64,000 nt of DNA from the NCBI RefSeq assembly GCF_009914755.1, contig NC_060931.1. The stretch is one strand, 5' to 3'. Positions 1 through 15,479 of the stretch are shown here, piece after piece; the first letter of the stretch is position 1; every line of letters begins with the position of its first letter. The notes under the pieces were generated by a model that was not told the origin of the DNA, searched no databases, and worked only from the letters and a program-made list of their open reading frames with translations. Source of the stretch: the human T2T-CHM13v2.0 reference genome, Homo sapiens. A program made the position numbers and the translations under genes.

Positions 1-1152
1 GATAGAAGAAGGCTTCAGATGATTAAACTTCTCTGAGCTAAAGGAGGAAGTTTGAACCCATTGCAAAAAAGTTAAAAACCTTTAAAAAATATTAGACAAA
101 TGGTTAACTACAATAACCAATGTAGAGAAGGCCTTAAATGACCTGACGGAGGTGAAAAACATGGCACGAGAACAATGTGACGAATGCACAAGCTTCCATA
201 GCCGATTCGATCAGCTGGAAGAAAGGGTATCAGTGACTGAAGATGAAATGAATGAAATGAAGCAAAAAGTTTAGAGAAAAAAGAATAAAAAGAAACGAAC
301 AAAGCCTCCAAGAAATATGGGACTATGTGAAAAGACCAAATCTACATCTGATTGGTGTACCTGAAAGTGACAGGGAGAATGGAACCAAGGTGGAAAACAC
401 TCTGCAGGATATTATCCAGGAGAACTTCCCCAACCTAGCAAGACAGGCCAACATTCAAATTCAGGAAATACAGAGAATGCCACAAACATACTCCTCGAGA
501 AGAGCAACTCCAAGACACATAATTGTCAGATTCACCAAAGTTGAAATGAAGGAAAAAATGTTAAGGGGAGCCAGAGAGAAAGGTTAGGTTACCCACAAAG
601 GGAAGCCCAATGGACTAACAGCTGATCTCTCAGCAGAAACTCTACAAGCCAGAAGAGAGTGGGGACCAATATTCAACATTCTAAAAGAAAAGAATTTTCA
701 ACCCAGAATTTCATATCCAGCCAAACTAAGCTTCATAAATGAAGGAGAAATAAAATACTTTACAGACAAACAAATGCTAAGAGATTTTGTCACCACCAGG
801 ACTGCCCTACAAGAGCTCCTGAAGGAAGCACTAAACATGGAAAGGAACAACCGGTACAAGCCACTGCAAAAACATGCCAAATTGTAAAGACCATCGATGC
901 TAGGAAGAAACTGCATCAACTAAGGAGCAAAATAAACAGCTAACATCATAATGACAGGATCAAATTCACATATAACAATATTAACCTTAAATGTAAATGG
1001 GCTAAATGCTCCAATTAAAAGACACAGACTGGCAAATTGGATAAAGAGTCAAGACCCATCAGTGTGCTGTATTCAGGAAATGCATCTCACATGCACAGAC
1101 ACACATAGGCTCAAAATAAAGGGATGGAGGAAGATCTACCAAGCAAATGGAG
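1..1152 (+). mobile_element. L1PA LINE-1 fragment: ORF1 (disrupted), spacer and start of ORF2; 3'-truncated
   Basis: ORF 327-587 (KRPNLHLIGVPESDRENGTK...[21 protein letters not shown]) is L1 ORF1p. ORF 951-1175 (MTGSNSHITILTLNVNGLNAPIKRHRLANW) is the ORF2p endonuclease N-terminus. Similarity stops after CAAGCAAATGGA. Confidence 0.97.
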
Positions 1153-1249
1153 AACTATGTATTCTTATACTTTGATTATTGAAGGGGGGTTGATTATTGA
1201 TCTTCCTTTGCATTATTTCCTAATTTAAGAACAAACTGGAAAAAAATAT

Positions 1250-1345
1250 CTTTATTGTATCCATTTAGCAGATAAACAAATAAAGACTCAAGAGGGAAAG
1301 AAAATTTCCCAAAGTTAGAATGTTATTTGTAGAGGAGCTGAGATT
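1250..1345 (-). mobile_element. MIR SINE fragment
   Basis: Degenerate MIR core: ccatttagcagataaacaaataaagactcaagagg. Confidence 0.55.
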
Positions 1346-1377
1346 CTTATATATGGAGTATATGAACCACCACACCT

Positions 1378-1560
1378 GCTACCCAAAGTGTGACCCCTCA
1401 GACCAGCAGCAATGGCACCATCTAGGTGCTTGTTACAAATGCAGAATCTCAGGTCACTTCCTAGGCATAGCAATCAGAATCTGCATTTTAACACAGCTCT
1501 CAGGGGAGAGAGAATTGTACCTTCTTCATGTGTACATTAAAGTTTGAGAAGCTGCTCTAG
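1378..1560. mobile_element. MER5A-like hAT-Charlie DNA transposon
   Basis: caaagtgtg...accagcagca...aaatgcagaatctcagg...aatcagaatctgcattttaac...aaagtttgagaagc. Confidence 0.8.
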
Positions 1561-1590
1561 AGTGAATCAGTAAAGGATAGGAAGCACAGA

Positions 1591-2180
1591 CTTTTTTATT
1601 GGGGTAAAATGGACATAAGCTGTACATATTTAAACCATGCAATTGGATAACTTTTGCATATGATTTTATCCATGAAAACATCCTCACAATCAAGCGAGTG
1701 AACATATCCATCATCCTCCAAAGTTTGTGTCTTTATAGTTGCTCCCTCCTGCCACTCTTCCAAACCTCTTGATTCCCAGGCAATCACTGATCAGCTTTCT
1801 GTCATTATCATTTACATTTCCTAAAATTTAACATAAATGAACTCATACAGTATGTACTCTTTTTTTTTCAGTATTTGCTCTTTTGTATCTGGCTTCTTTT
1901 ACTCAGCATAATAATTTTCAGATTCATCCATATTGTTGCACATATTAACACCTCATTTCTTTTTGTTGCTAATTAGTATTTGTTTGGAAAAATCAAATTT
2001 GCTCATCCATTCACCTGTAGATAGACATTTTGGGTTGTTTTTGGTTTGGGCTGCTACAAATAAAGGCTCTATAAGCATTTGTTTGTAAGTCTTTGTATGG
2101 AAATATGATTTCATTTCCTTTGGGTAAGTGGCTAGGAATGGAATGGATGGGTCATATGATAGGTGTATGTTCAACTTAAG
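1591..2180 (-). mobile_element. Old L1M (L1MB/MC-like) 3' region
   Basis: T-rich tail on the left. Minus ORF 1953-2285 has L1 ORF2 C-terminal-like text (HLSYDPSIPFLATYPKEMKSYFHTKT). Confidence 0.85.
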
Positions 2181-2199
2181 TGCCAACTTACTTAAGTAA

Positions 2200-3825
2200 T
2201 TTTGGAAATAAATGGAGTCTGTAAGACTAAAAACAAAAAGAATTGCACATAAGCACTGTATTCTGCTTGATAAAGTTATTGCCATGGGTTAACAATTCGG
2301 ATACTGTCATGCATGTATACTGGAATTGGACAATTAAGCAATTGGATGGTGGATGGTAGGAGCCAAGTTTTTCACTGTTGAGAAATTTTAGATTGGAAAT
2401 TTAGAGATAAGCAAGGGTGGAGGCTAAAATTATCTTTGTGGTAATTTATTAGAGTTGGAGATAGTAGCATAAATTCATATTAAACTTAACATAGATACAG
2501 ATGTTACATATGAAAATATTGATATGTATATATACATGAGTTAGCATATAATCAGGAATAATTTGAGCAAAAAAATAAAATAATAGTGGATTATAACCCA
2601 AAGAATAAATATCCATGAGTCCCCATATATATAGACTATTGAATAAATAAATAAATGAGGGAGAAGAGAAAAATCTTCTGTGCAAAAGAATTCCAAATAA
2701 CTTATGCAAATATTACACCCTCAAGGAGGTGGCTCATAACTCTTCACTCTAAATGTGGGCTTCACAGAGCGACTTCATTCCAGAGACTACAGTATGAGGA
2801 AGGTGAGAAAGGAGTAACTTTACAGTGGAGAAACCTGACAAACTACCTCAGACAAACAGGGCCAATGTCAACCATAAGTCATGTCAATAGTACGTATTCT
2901 TGATACAGTGTGATAGGAACGGCACTTCACCTCTGCAAGATTCCTCTCCAAAACCCCTATCCCTACTATAATCACGAGAAAAATATCAGACAAAGCCCTA
3001 TTTAGGGACATTCTACAAAATACGTGATCAGTACTTCTCAAAGCCTCCAAGTTCATCAAAAACAAAGAAACTCTGAGAAACTGTCATAGGCAAGAGGAGC
3101 CGAAGGAGACATGATGACTAAATGTAATGTGGTGTCCTAGATGGGAACAGAAAAAGGATGTTAGTAAAAACTAAGGAAATCTGAATAAAGTATGGACTTC
3201 AGTTAATAATGTATTTATATTGCTTCATTCATTATAATAAATGCACCATACCAATGTAGATGTTAATAGTGGGGAAACTGGGTATGGGGTATATGAGAAA
3301 TTGCTGTACTAACTTTCTTTGCTATAGATCTAGAACTATTCTAAAATATAAAGTTTATTTTAAAAAAGAAATAGAGGGGAAACAGATTTAAAAAGGCATA
3401 AGAGATAGCAACTGAATTGAAATGTGTAGACCTTGTTTGGATCCTGATTCAAGCAAACTGTTTTTAAACACATTTATGCAAACAAAACATAACAAAATAA
3501 AATCATTTATAAAAGAATTGGAAATTTGAATACTAATATTTAATGATATCAAGAAATTTATTGTTACTTTCTAAGGTAGAATTATGGTTATTTTTAAAAT
3601 AGAATATTTATATTTTTGAGATAAATAGTGAGATATTTGCAGAAGAAATGATATGTCTGGAATTTGCTTCAAAATGACTAAGGCAAGGGGTTACTGAGGG
3701 TATTGCTGAAACAAGGTTAGTCATAAACTGATAGTTTTTGAATATGGATGATGGTTACAGGGGTCACCCAAACTATTCTGTCTAGTTTTGTAAAAGTTTA
3801 AAAATGTTCATTGCCAAAAAAAATT
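2200..3825 (+). mobile_element. Old L1M 3'UTR fragments (L1MC-like, then L1ME-like)
   Basis: Typical L1MC 3'UTR motifs: gacatgatgactaaatgtaatgtggtgtcct, ggggaaactgggtatggggtatatg, and an A-rich end near 3365. Confidence 0.75.
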
Positions 3826-4539
3826 GAGAAAGAGAGAAATTTGAGCAACTGCAATTCCAAGAGAAACATGTAACACCTTCTGAGGATATCAATCTCCTGG
3901 CTCCCTCCTTGATCCATCTAATATAAGGTTTCTCTGATTTCAAACGCTACTCCCCAAGATCACAGTTGCATAGCCACACCCTTGATGCCCAGGGCTGCCT
4001 CCAATTTCCACATTTTGTATAATAGAAATTCAAGAAGTGGCTTGCCAGAGGAAATAGGGCAGCCTTTGCCAGCATTCTAAGAAAGATCTGGAAATCTCCA
4101 TATGCATTATGGGGCTAACAGAAGCAGATACTTGATTAATTAAAGCTCATCCTAGAGTTTTCAATGCCAATATGGCCTTGCAGCTCCATAGAATCTAGTT
4201 CACAAAAAGCGCCTTTGTCAAAGGTGACATAAATCCATCTCCATGCCTTACTGCCAGCAACATATAGAGGTATACTTTTACTGGTAAAGAAAGAGGGAGA
4301 GACAATGAGAAGGAGAGAGGAAATCAGAGGGAAGGAAAAGAAAAGAATGAGAGGGAGAGAATAATTTTCATATTTTATCCTTGCAGATCAGAGTCAAATG
4401 AGTATGAACAAACTAATCATTAGCAAATGGACACCTCCAACAAGTTCAAAGGAATTGTGAAAGTTAATTAAGGGCTTAAGTGCAGTGCTCATGTAGTTGC
4501 TGAGATCATGAAAGTACTAAAAGAACGCTTTCTTAAATT

Positions 4540-6667
<2,128 letters not shown>

Positions 6668-7289
6668 TCATTGGTGAAACTTTAGTACTTAAGCTTTGGC
6701 TAGAATCTTGCTCTTATATGAATTAAGAATTTAAGAATTTGGTGAACACTGTAGCCTAACTCTCTTTGTGAGGGACATTCCTGGGCTAGGACTCCCTTTG
6801 GGTTTGTATTTTATCACTTAACGGAGAGATCTGTCTCCTGATTCAACTAAAAGTCTAACATATTCTCCTGACACTAAAATGCTGTTACATCTATTTTGAG
6901 TGAACCTTTCATGCAATGCACTTGTCAAGTACCCAAAGATTAGAGAGCTGGAAGTGTTTACCAGGAAAGGTGTGGCCATGGTTGTCCTGCCTTGTAAGAC
7001 AGGCTTGTCTGTGAGGCCAAACTCCCCCCTGCACTTTCATCATAGCCCAATAGTGAGTTTGGGGAAGAAGGGACCTAGAATTCCGATTCACCTCTAAGCA
7101 CTCCGTGTGTATAATCTAAGCCCAATCACCTTAGATCAGTTATCAACACTTCCCTTCCCTCAGAAACCTTCAAATTCACAATACTGTCCCAGCCAAATTC
7201 TGCCTGAATGGTTGGTCCCATTACCAGCCTTTCCTAGACAGAGCTTTGTGGCCTTTCAGTCCCCAGGCACTCCATTTCCAGCTTACACC

Positions 7290-7790
7290 AACTCAGCTTC
7301 TGTGGGTATCTTAAGATCTCAGAATGTTACAGCTATCAGTTTAGTTGCTTCTCATTCTCAGATTATTTCATATGTGCTAATCTGGCCTCTCCAACTAGAT
7401 GACAAGCTTTTAGAGGATCAACATTCCCCCAGTCCCTCCTTTCCTTCCATATTTTAAATACTTACTGATCTGGCACTACCCCTTGCACTGGGATGCATAG
7501 TACTGGTGAAGAAAGCAGACACAGTTTCTGCCTAACAGAATGCCCAGTTGAGTTGGGGAAAACAGAAAAGAAAATGGGCAATTACAATAGACCATTATAA
7601 GTAGTAGAAATTCATCCATGCATATATTCACTCACTCATTTGCCCATACCATAAATGTATGTTGAGTTTCCACTATGTTGGCCATTGAGGGACACAACTA
7701 CTCAAGATGGACCCAGTCCTTATGGATCATAGTCCAGGAAAGAGGAAACACCGGATAGGAGAGCTCAAGGTGGATCAACTGTGATGTGGA
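7290..7790. mobile_element. L2 fragments
   Basis: Degenerate L2 3'-end motifs: cactcattt...aaatgtatgttgagt, agacacagtttctgcc. Confidence 0.5.
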
Positions 7791-8266
7791 TGAGAAGCCT
7801 TGCAGGAGGGGTAAGGTTGATGCTGAGTAACTCATAGCTGCTGGGAATCTGCAGCTCCCCCTTCTCTTTATATAGCTCAGATTCATGCTTTATTACTGGA
7901 GAAAAATAAAACCAAGAAACAAATGACACAGCATTAGCATAGATGTCATGTTGCATCCATAGTAAGAGGCACCTCCCTCTCCAGGCTGGAGTCCCCCCAG
8001 GAAGCAGCTTCTGATGTCAGAAATCCCCAGGGAATTGGCCACCTTGGTGAGGGGCAAGATCCAAGTTTTCCCTTGAATAGCTGGGTGTTATTTTTTTCCT
8101 GGAACCTGCTAAGAAGCTGCAAACTACATTCATATTTAACCCCTGGGGACCCCTTTCTCTCTGAAGAACCTATTGGACAAAACATATTTCTCAGTGGGGA
8201 TGAACTAACACTGAAAAATGTTACAAGACCAGTGGATTACCTCCCCCCCCAGTCCCCTACCACTAT

Positions 8267-8648
8267 TGTTAAAATAAAAACCTTAGGCAAATTAAATTTA
8301 ACATCATTTAATTGAGCAAAGAACAATTCACAAATTGGGCAATCCCCAAATGAGAATAGTTCAGAGAGGTTCTGGGGGTGCCACATGGTGGAAGAAGATC
8401 TATGGACAGAAAAAGGAAACTGAAATACAGAAAAAACAGCCAGATTGGTTACAGCTCAGCATTTGCCTTATTTGAACCTGTTTGAACAGTTGGCTGCCTG
8501 TGATTGGCAGAAACTTAGTGACTGGCACAAGAGCAGGTTACAGTCTGTTTGCAGATCCAGTTGGGTTCAGTTCACTGTGTACAGAGAAACCTTTAGGCCA
8601 AACGTAAAATATGTAAGAAGGCAGCTTTAGGCTAAACTTAATCTAACA
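8267..8648 (-). mobile_element. MER57-family ERV1 solo LTR
   Basis: TG...CA termini and 4-bp TSD CTAT on both sides. The minus strand begins tgttagattaagtttagcctaaagctgcc. Confidence 0.85.
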
Positions 8649-9649
8649 CTATTTTGCAGCCAAGTGGCTCCATGCTCCTGTCATGTTATAAGGTGGGGGA
8701 GGGCAGGGTGAACAACGCCTGTATTCAGGTCCTAGCCCTGACCACTGGCCACCCAGAGGCTAGGAGCTCTGCTCAGCCTTCTACCCAGCTTCTTCTCCCT
8801 CAGTAATCTGGCTGTTCCCAGAACCAGGTAAGAATTCTGCTGTGTGAGGATGAATCGGCAGAATTTTGCCAAAGACTGAAGTGGAAGGAACCGCCCATGC
8901 CACTTCTGTGTTATGCCTGGGGAGCCAGGGACTCATCTCCCCACTTGGCCGACTCTCAAGGTCCTTGGAGCTCTTTGCCTGTGGATTCCCTTCTGGAGGG
9001 GCTGAGTATGAAGGCTCCATCCCAAAGTACCTTGATCCAAACCATCTTTCATCTCTGTCTTAACTGTAGGCACTGCTCAGGAGAAAGGGTGGAGCAAGCT
9101 CTTTATCTAGAGGAAATGAGTTGTATCACCAATTTGACATCTACAAACCTACTCATAAAATGACGGGCATGGTAACATGTAACTACCCAACACCGAATGA
9201 ACAAATGGATACCCTACTTACATTTTCCATAGAATAAAAATGAATTTCTAGAAGTGGTGACACTTATTTAGAGAAGGTGAAGTTAGCTTGAGGATACAGT
9301 ACAGTGGCCTGGTTTTACATGTCATTTCTCTCTCTGTGGCTGATCTTACATAACTTAACACAAAGTCTTTGTGCTTCCACAGTTTAGTAATTCATCTTCT
9401 GTTTTTGCTTTACTTAGAATACATTTGGAAGAGCAATGAAAGCCACTGACAATCCTAGCATCTCACTGGAGACCATAATTTCAATCTTCTCTCATCAAGG
9501 TGGACTATCAAGTAGATATTTTAATTCCATCTCCTTTATTTTATTTTATTTTCCATTTCCTCCTGGTGGTGGTACTAGCAAGCCAATAAATTATGCTCTT
9601 AAAAATACATAATAAAAATAAAACCACCATCTATTGGTATGACACTGAA

Positions 9650-9840
9650 TACTTAATAGAGTACTTTTAAAAACGTGTTTCTCATGTTGGGCCTTGCAAC
9701 TTCCCCACTGTGGTAAGCAAGGCAAGCATTACCTCCATTTTTCAGATGATGACACCAAGGTTCAGAGATGTTGCATCTCTTGGCCAAAGTCACACAAGTT
9801 GAAAGTGGCAGAGTTAGGTATCAAATAGTTTTACTCCATG
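9650..9840 (-). mobile_element. MIR SINE
   Basis: ccatttttcagatgatgacaccaaggttcagagatgtt...ccaaagtcacaca...gtggcagag. Confidence 0.8.
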
Positions 9841-10213
9841 CTCCAGATATGTTTTGTTAAAATGAACAACAAAAATGAAAAACTGAGTGCCTGGATTATT
9901 CACAGTGAGATCATTAACCCACTAAAGAGGTTAATAGTTTGTTCATTTTTAGTTTTTGATGTTTACTTCTATTAAAATCACAATGGTAAGTAACCATTTG
10001 TATTTGTCCAACCAAAGACTTTCCACACCCAAAGCCATTGTTTCCCATGCATTCCCTTACAGCCTTGTGGGTGACTGGCCTGTGCACCAGTGAGACACTA
10101 TAGCTCCTCTCTTGATGTTTTCTAATCATTTATTTGGAAAATAATATCCTACGAACCATTCATTCCATTCCCTGAACATTCAAAAAGATTACATTTAATG
10201 GGAAAGACAGACA

Positions 10214-10896
10214 TGTACCTGCTCCGTGGGTTCACCTTGTCCACTGTCTAGACAGAGTCAATTTATCAAGACAGGAGAATTACAGTAGAGAAGGAGTAAT
10301 TCGCCCTGAGCCAACTGTGCAGGAAACAGGAGGTTTATTATGACTCAAATAAGTCTCCCTGGGCATTTGGGTTTCATAATTTTTATGGATAATTTGGTGG
10401 TGAGTTGGGATATGGGGAGACAGTGAGTCAAGAGTGCTGAATGTTTGGGTGGGAGATGAAATCAAAAGGAGTGAAAGCTGTCTTGCACTAAGTCAGTTCC
10501 TGGGTAGGGGCCACAAGGTCAGACGAGCCAGTTTATCCATCTGGGTGGTGCCAGCTGATCCATCAAGTGCAGGGTCTGAAAAATATCTCAAGCACTGATC
10601 TTAGGCTTTACAATGGTGATGTTATCCCCAGGAGCAATTTGGGGAGGATAATTTCTAATCTTTTGGCTAATTTGTTAGTCCTACAAAGGCAGTCTAGTCC
10701 CCAGGAAAGAAGGGAGTTTGTTTTGGGAAAGGTCTTTCATCATCTTTGTTTTAAACTATAAACTAAGTTCCTCCCAAAGTTAATTTAGCCTACACCCGGG
10801 AATAAACAAGGCCAGCTTGGAGGTTGAAGCAAGATGGAGTTGGTTAGGTCAGATCTCTTTTACTGTCTCAGTTGTAATTTTGCGATGGCGGTTTCA
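10214..10896 (-). mobile_element. LTR8-type ERV1 LTR in the 3' LTR position
   Basis: The minus strand begins tgaaaccgccatcgcaaaattacaactgagacag and ends ...taca. It is continuous with internal sequence. Confidence 0.85.
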
Positions 10897-13800
10897 ATCA
10901 TTCCCTTTGGGTTTTATAATACCTTAATCTTAAGGTGTTGGCTAATGAAGATGGAAAAAGGACAAAGACCACTCTAACTTCTTCCCGCTGACCAGGAGCA
11001 TAGTGGGGGTAGGTGTTGAACCCAAGGTGAGGGGTAGAACTGCTTTGCAACTATCTGAGTGTACTAATGCAGGCTGGGATTTCCAGACCTGTATGACAAA
11101 GACATTAGTATTGTCATGTATAGTTTTAGTACCACATTTAAGTGAACAGTGTACTATAAGGTAAGTAATGAATACGAGGATAACGGGTGCAATTCCCAGT
11201 TTTAAAAATAAAGATTTGAAAGCATTAGTCTGGGGTCTTGTAGCCCACCAAGAATTTAGGATTTAGTCCAAACTGCAGAATAAAACTCAAGAACAGCTAA
11301 CAACAGGTTTTTGTTGGAGGAACTAAAGTTTTTTGGAGGAACAACTAAAGTTTTTTGGAGGAATAACTTTTCTCTCTCCGGTCTCCATTTTTATTAAAAG
11401 CAAATCATGACATGATTGATTTGTATGCAAAATAAACTTTAGTCTTATTATACTTGACCTGATTATTTGCATAAAGGGCAGCAAGAATAATTATTTTTCA
11501 CATAGGCTTTTTAATTGGTTTGGATGGAACTCTGTTCCATAAGAAATGTCAGATAAGACTTTTTTTTAAAGCTGAGCACAGCCATGGGTTTGTACCCTCA
11601 AATACCTATGAGTTGAGTAAATTCCTTTCCTCTTGAGGCACCAAGGTAACTTGGGGCTCCTAGGCCTGTCAGAACATGACATTCTTTACTTATCACATAC
11701 CAGGAACCCCGTGCAGGGACTGTATAGACAAGGTGTGAGGTCAATTTTCCCAAGGGGCTTTTATTAGCTCTATAAGTCAAGTTTGATTTCTTAAAGGAAT
11801 GCACGCCATTCCAGTCAAAGCCTTGGTAAAATAACCAGTTTCTCCAATTGTGTCCTGTTACAAAAGAAAACAGATTCTTACTGCATTTAAGCAAATAACT
11901 ATATTGCCATAAGTTAAGAATACTCAGAAGTAGTTTCCAAATTCTGGAGAAATCAGGTAGAGAGAAACAAATATGCTCCAAATTTTGTTCACAGGAGTAT
12001 AGGTTACTCAATTGTTAAAAGCTGTAAATAGCTCAAAAGAAAAGTTTTCTTGACTCTGAAAAACAAAACAAAGGATCAGCAACGTTTTAAGCAAAAAGTA
12101 AAAAAGATTACTTCAGTTTTCTATTAGTTCAGTCCGTGCAGTTAACTCCCGTTCTGTTTGATATTCATGAACGTTTCAGCTCCCCATGAGAATCCTGAAA
12201 GTTTTTTTCTCTATTCTAATGTCACAATTTCCAAAGTTATTAGAAACCTGCATTCAAGAGCATCTATTAAAGTCCTAAAGCTGATTATAAGCCACCTTTT
12301 GAAGAGGATCAAAACAAGACAATAATTGTCTGTGGATGACAAAAACTCTTAGAACAGCCATTATTAAAACCACAATTGACCAGGAATTTCAGTTACTTCT
12401 ATGGCATACAATAATTTTACGTAACAATTATAATTATTAATAACACACAGTAAGTCTTATCAGAATTATAGGAGTTTCTCATAATTTTGGAACACATACC
12501 AATAACACATTTATACAAATTCAGCCCAAAGAAAGCCAAATACCATTTCTTATTCAACAATGCTTCCTATATGATTTTTATACCAAATAAGCAAAATATG
12601 TCTCTTTTGGAATTCAGGGCATTAATATAAAAAAAATTAATGTGGACCCAAGTTAGAATTTGACTTTGAAAAGTTTGTCAAATATATAAAGTTTAAAATG
12701 CTTTATATCACAAAATAGGATCACAGGTCATTATAAAATAAGTCATTCATTTCACCAAAGTGATAACTCAAAAATGTCCCAGAAAAGATTAAAACCTTGA
12801 TTCACTGAGAGAGAAGAGACTTAATTTCCCAAATAATAAGCCCTAATAAAAACAACATGAGGCCAAAGTTGTTTTTCAAAATTTTATAAACAACCTATAA
12901 AATTTTAATCACATTGACCATAAGATATAATTTCCATAAACCTTTTTATAACCTTTATAATCTTCATTAAGGAGTGGATTAATGCTCCAAGAAAACCTTG
13001 TTAATCTGACACAGGGTCTTGCATCAGTGTGCCTTTGACATTAATGGTTAATTTATAGAGAAACTGAACTTATTTTATCTCTCAAAATCAGCCCTTACAA
13101 TCTCATGTGCCCACCTCTTCTGCAAGGTGCCTGGGCCTTGAGGAATTGAATAGTTTTAATTTCTGCCCCTGTGTCTCATGAAGGCAGTTTATTTTGACTG
13201 CTGTCTTCTACCTGGCCTAAAGATGAGGCTTTAATTGCTGTCAGTGTTTAAGACTTAGCAGGATTTGGTGTCCATTTTAGACCCAGCAGTCAGAGCCCTA
13301 TAACTCAATGGCACAAGGTTTTTAAAAGCACATACAGAAAGATACATAGATGTAATAACATTAATTTAAAAAACATTTTTTTAAATCTCAGGTTTTTTTT
13401 AAGCAAACCAAAACAGAATAATAATGACATAGGAATTACTTCCATAAAACATGAAATCTGTTAGGCCAGTTACCAAAAGGCAATAGAAAAGATCTTCTGC
13501 AGTGCATAGAATATTATTTTGGAAGAAAACATTTCCTTAGACCTTTAAGAAAACATTTTTAGCATCAAGTCACAATAAACAGTTGGAACCTGAGGGGGAA
13601 AAAACTTACATGAGCTGAAAATGAGTTGAAGGAGATCATTATTATTTCGAGCCTTTTAAAAAAGGGGAGAGAAAACTGAAAATGGTGACACAGTAAAAGT
13701 TGAAATTTGGGTTACAAAATTAAAATATCTTATAATTTATTAAGAGTTAATCAATCCCTTAAGAAAATTTCATTGTTCTAACCAATTCTTTAGTGTATAA

Positions 13801-14878
13801 GTGTTTGTTAACATCGAAACCCAATCTCTAGAAAAACTATTATAACTAATTTCCCTTTAATTATAGACAACTTGATAGAAGTCAATTGTGACATGCTTGG
13901 ACTTCCTGTTTTATCCTAGACATCTCTCTTTCCTAAATAATTATTTTATTCTAGGACAAAATTTCCCTACAAGATTCTTTCTCATTAAAATTATTGTCCT
14001 TTTAACATTTCCTGTCAAAAATACCTCTTCGTATTTATAACTTTCTTCACATTGTTCTTATTCATGGATTACCATTACCTAATTTCATGAATAACTCTTA
14101 AATAACCTTTGAATTAGATAAAAATTATTTTCCTTTAAATAAGAACACATTTCTTGTTTTTGGAAAAATATTTTCCTATAATTAAAAAAATGGAAATGAC
14201 CCAAAGATTTAAGGGATATCTATTATTTAGCTTAATATAACTTTAGATTTTAAATTATATGACAAGATTATCTACAAGCATTTATTCTATTACATTTACC
14301 TAATACATTAATTTATAAAGATAGTTTACTCAGATTACTTAAGAAAACTGTGATAGTTATCACTTAAAGTTATTTACCTGTTAACCATTTTTATAACCTA
14401 TGAATTTCAGGTTTTCCTAAGTAAGGACCTTAAGGTTAGATAATTGTTTTTGTTTGTTTGTTTATTTGTTTTTGCCAATACCTCAGGACTTAGCTGTTTT
14501 CATTAACTGAACAAAAAACCTGCCTTATTTATTAAGTTTTACATAAACAAACATAATTCTCTTTTGAGCTGCATTCATAGCTTTATAACCCTCATGGCAA
14601 ATTTTGACGTTTAATAGAAATAAATAAGTTGACAATCCTTAAGCCATTGCTAATTCTACTCCACCAAAATTTTTAAACCAACATATTTATTAAAGATTTA
14701 CTTAAGTGACATGAACTTGAAAAAGCATTTGGCTTAACATCTATTTTTCTGATAAAGTATTTAAGTGTTTCTAAAGTCAATTAATTAGAGCATTTTATAC
14801 ATTTTTAGTGGTGAAACATCATGTACATGACAGATGAACACATAGACATACTAGACCCATAGATAGATCTTACAGATC
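10897..14878 (-). mobile_element. MER4-group non-autonomous ERV internal sequence
   Basis: AT-rich with no gag/pol ORFs. ~11250-12600 is clearly homologous to ~16000-17920 inside the MER41 provirus. Confidence 0.8.
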
Positions 14879-15479
14879 TGTTACTGGAAAAGGGTCCCCA
14901 TCCAGATCCTAAGAGAGGGTTCTTGGATCTTGCACAAGAAAGAATTTGGAGTGAGTCCATAGAGTTAAGTGAAATCAAGTTTCTTAGGAAAGTAAAGGAA
15001 TAATGAATGGTGACTCCATAGGCAGAGCAGCCCCAAGGGCTGCTGGTTGATCATTTTTATGGTTATTTCTTGATTATATGCTAAACAAGGGGTGGATTAT
15101 TAATGAGTTTTCTGGAAAAGGGGTGGGCAATTCCTGAAACTGAGGGTTCCTCCCCATTTTAGACCATATGGGGTAACTTCTTGATATTGCCATGGCATCT
15201 ATAAACTGTCATGGCACTGGGGGGAATGCCTTTCAGCATGCAAATACATAATAACTATTGTATAATGAGCAGTGAGGACAACCAGGTCACTCTCGTCACT
15301 ATCTTAGTTTTGGTGGGTTTTGGCCAGCTTCTTTACCATAGCCTGTTTTATTAGCAAGGTCTTTATGACATGTATCTTGTGCCAACATCCTATCTCATCC
15401 TGTGATTTAGAATGCCTAATCTCCTGGGAATGCAGCCCTTATTCGAGATGGAATCACTCTGGTTCAAATGTCTCTGACA
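14879..15479 (-). mobile_element. MER41B-like 3' LTR
   Basis: TG...CA termini. The minus strand begins tgtcagagacatttgaaccagag. A polypurine tract (plus-strand tttcccccctccc) abuts it at 15480-15495. Confidence 0.9.

Noticed and set aside
8804-8833. Possible 24-nt microexon (ctccctcag|...CAG|GTAAGA)
   Set aside because: The signals are good but there are no partner exons or coding support. Such pairs are common by chance.
11598-12011. 137-aa ORF with a similar peptide at 16402-16599
   Set aside because: The similarity comes from two homologous non-coding ERV internal tracts, and the frames are not conserved.
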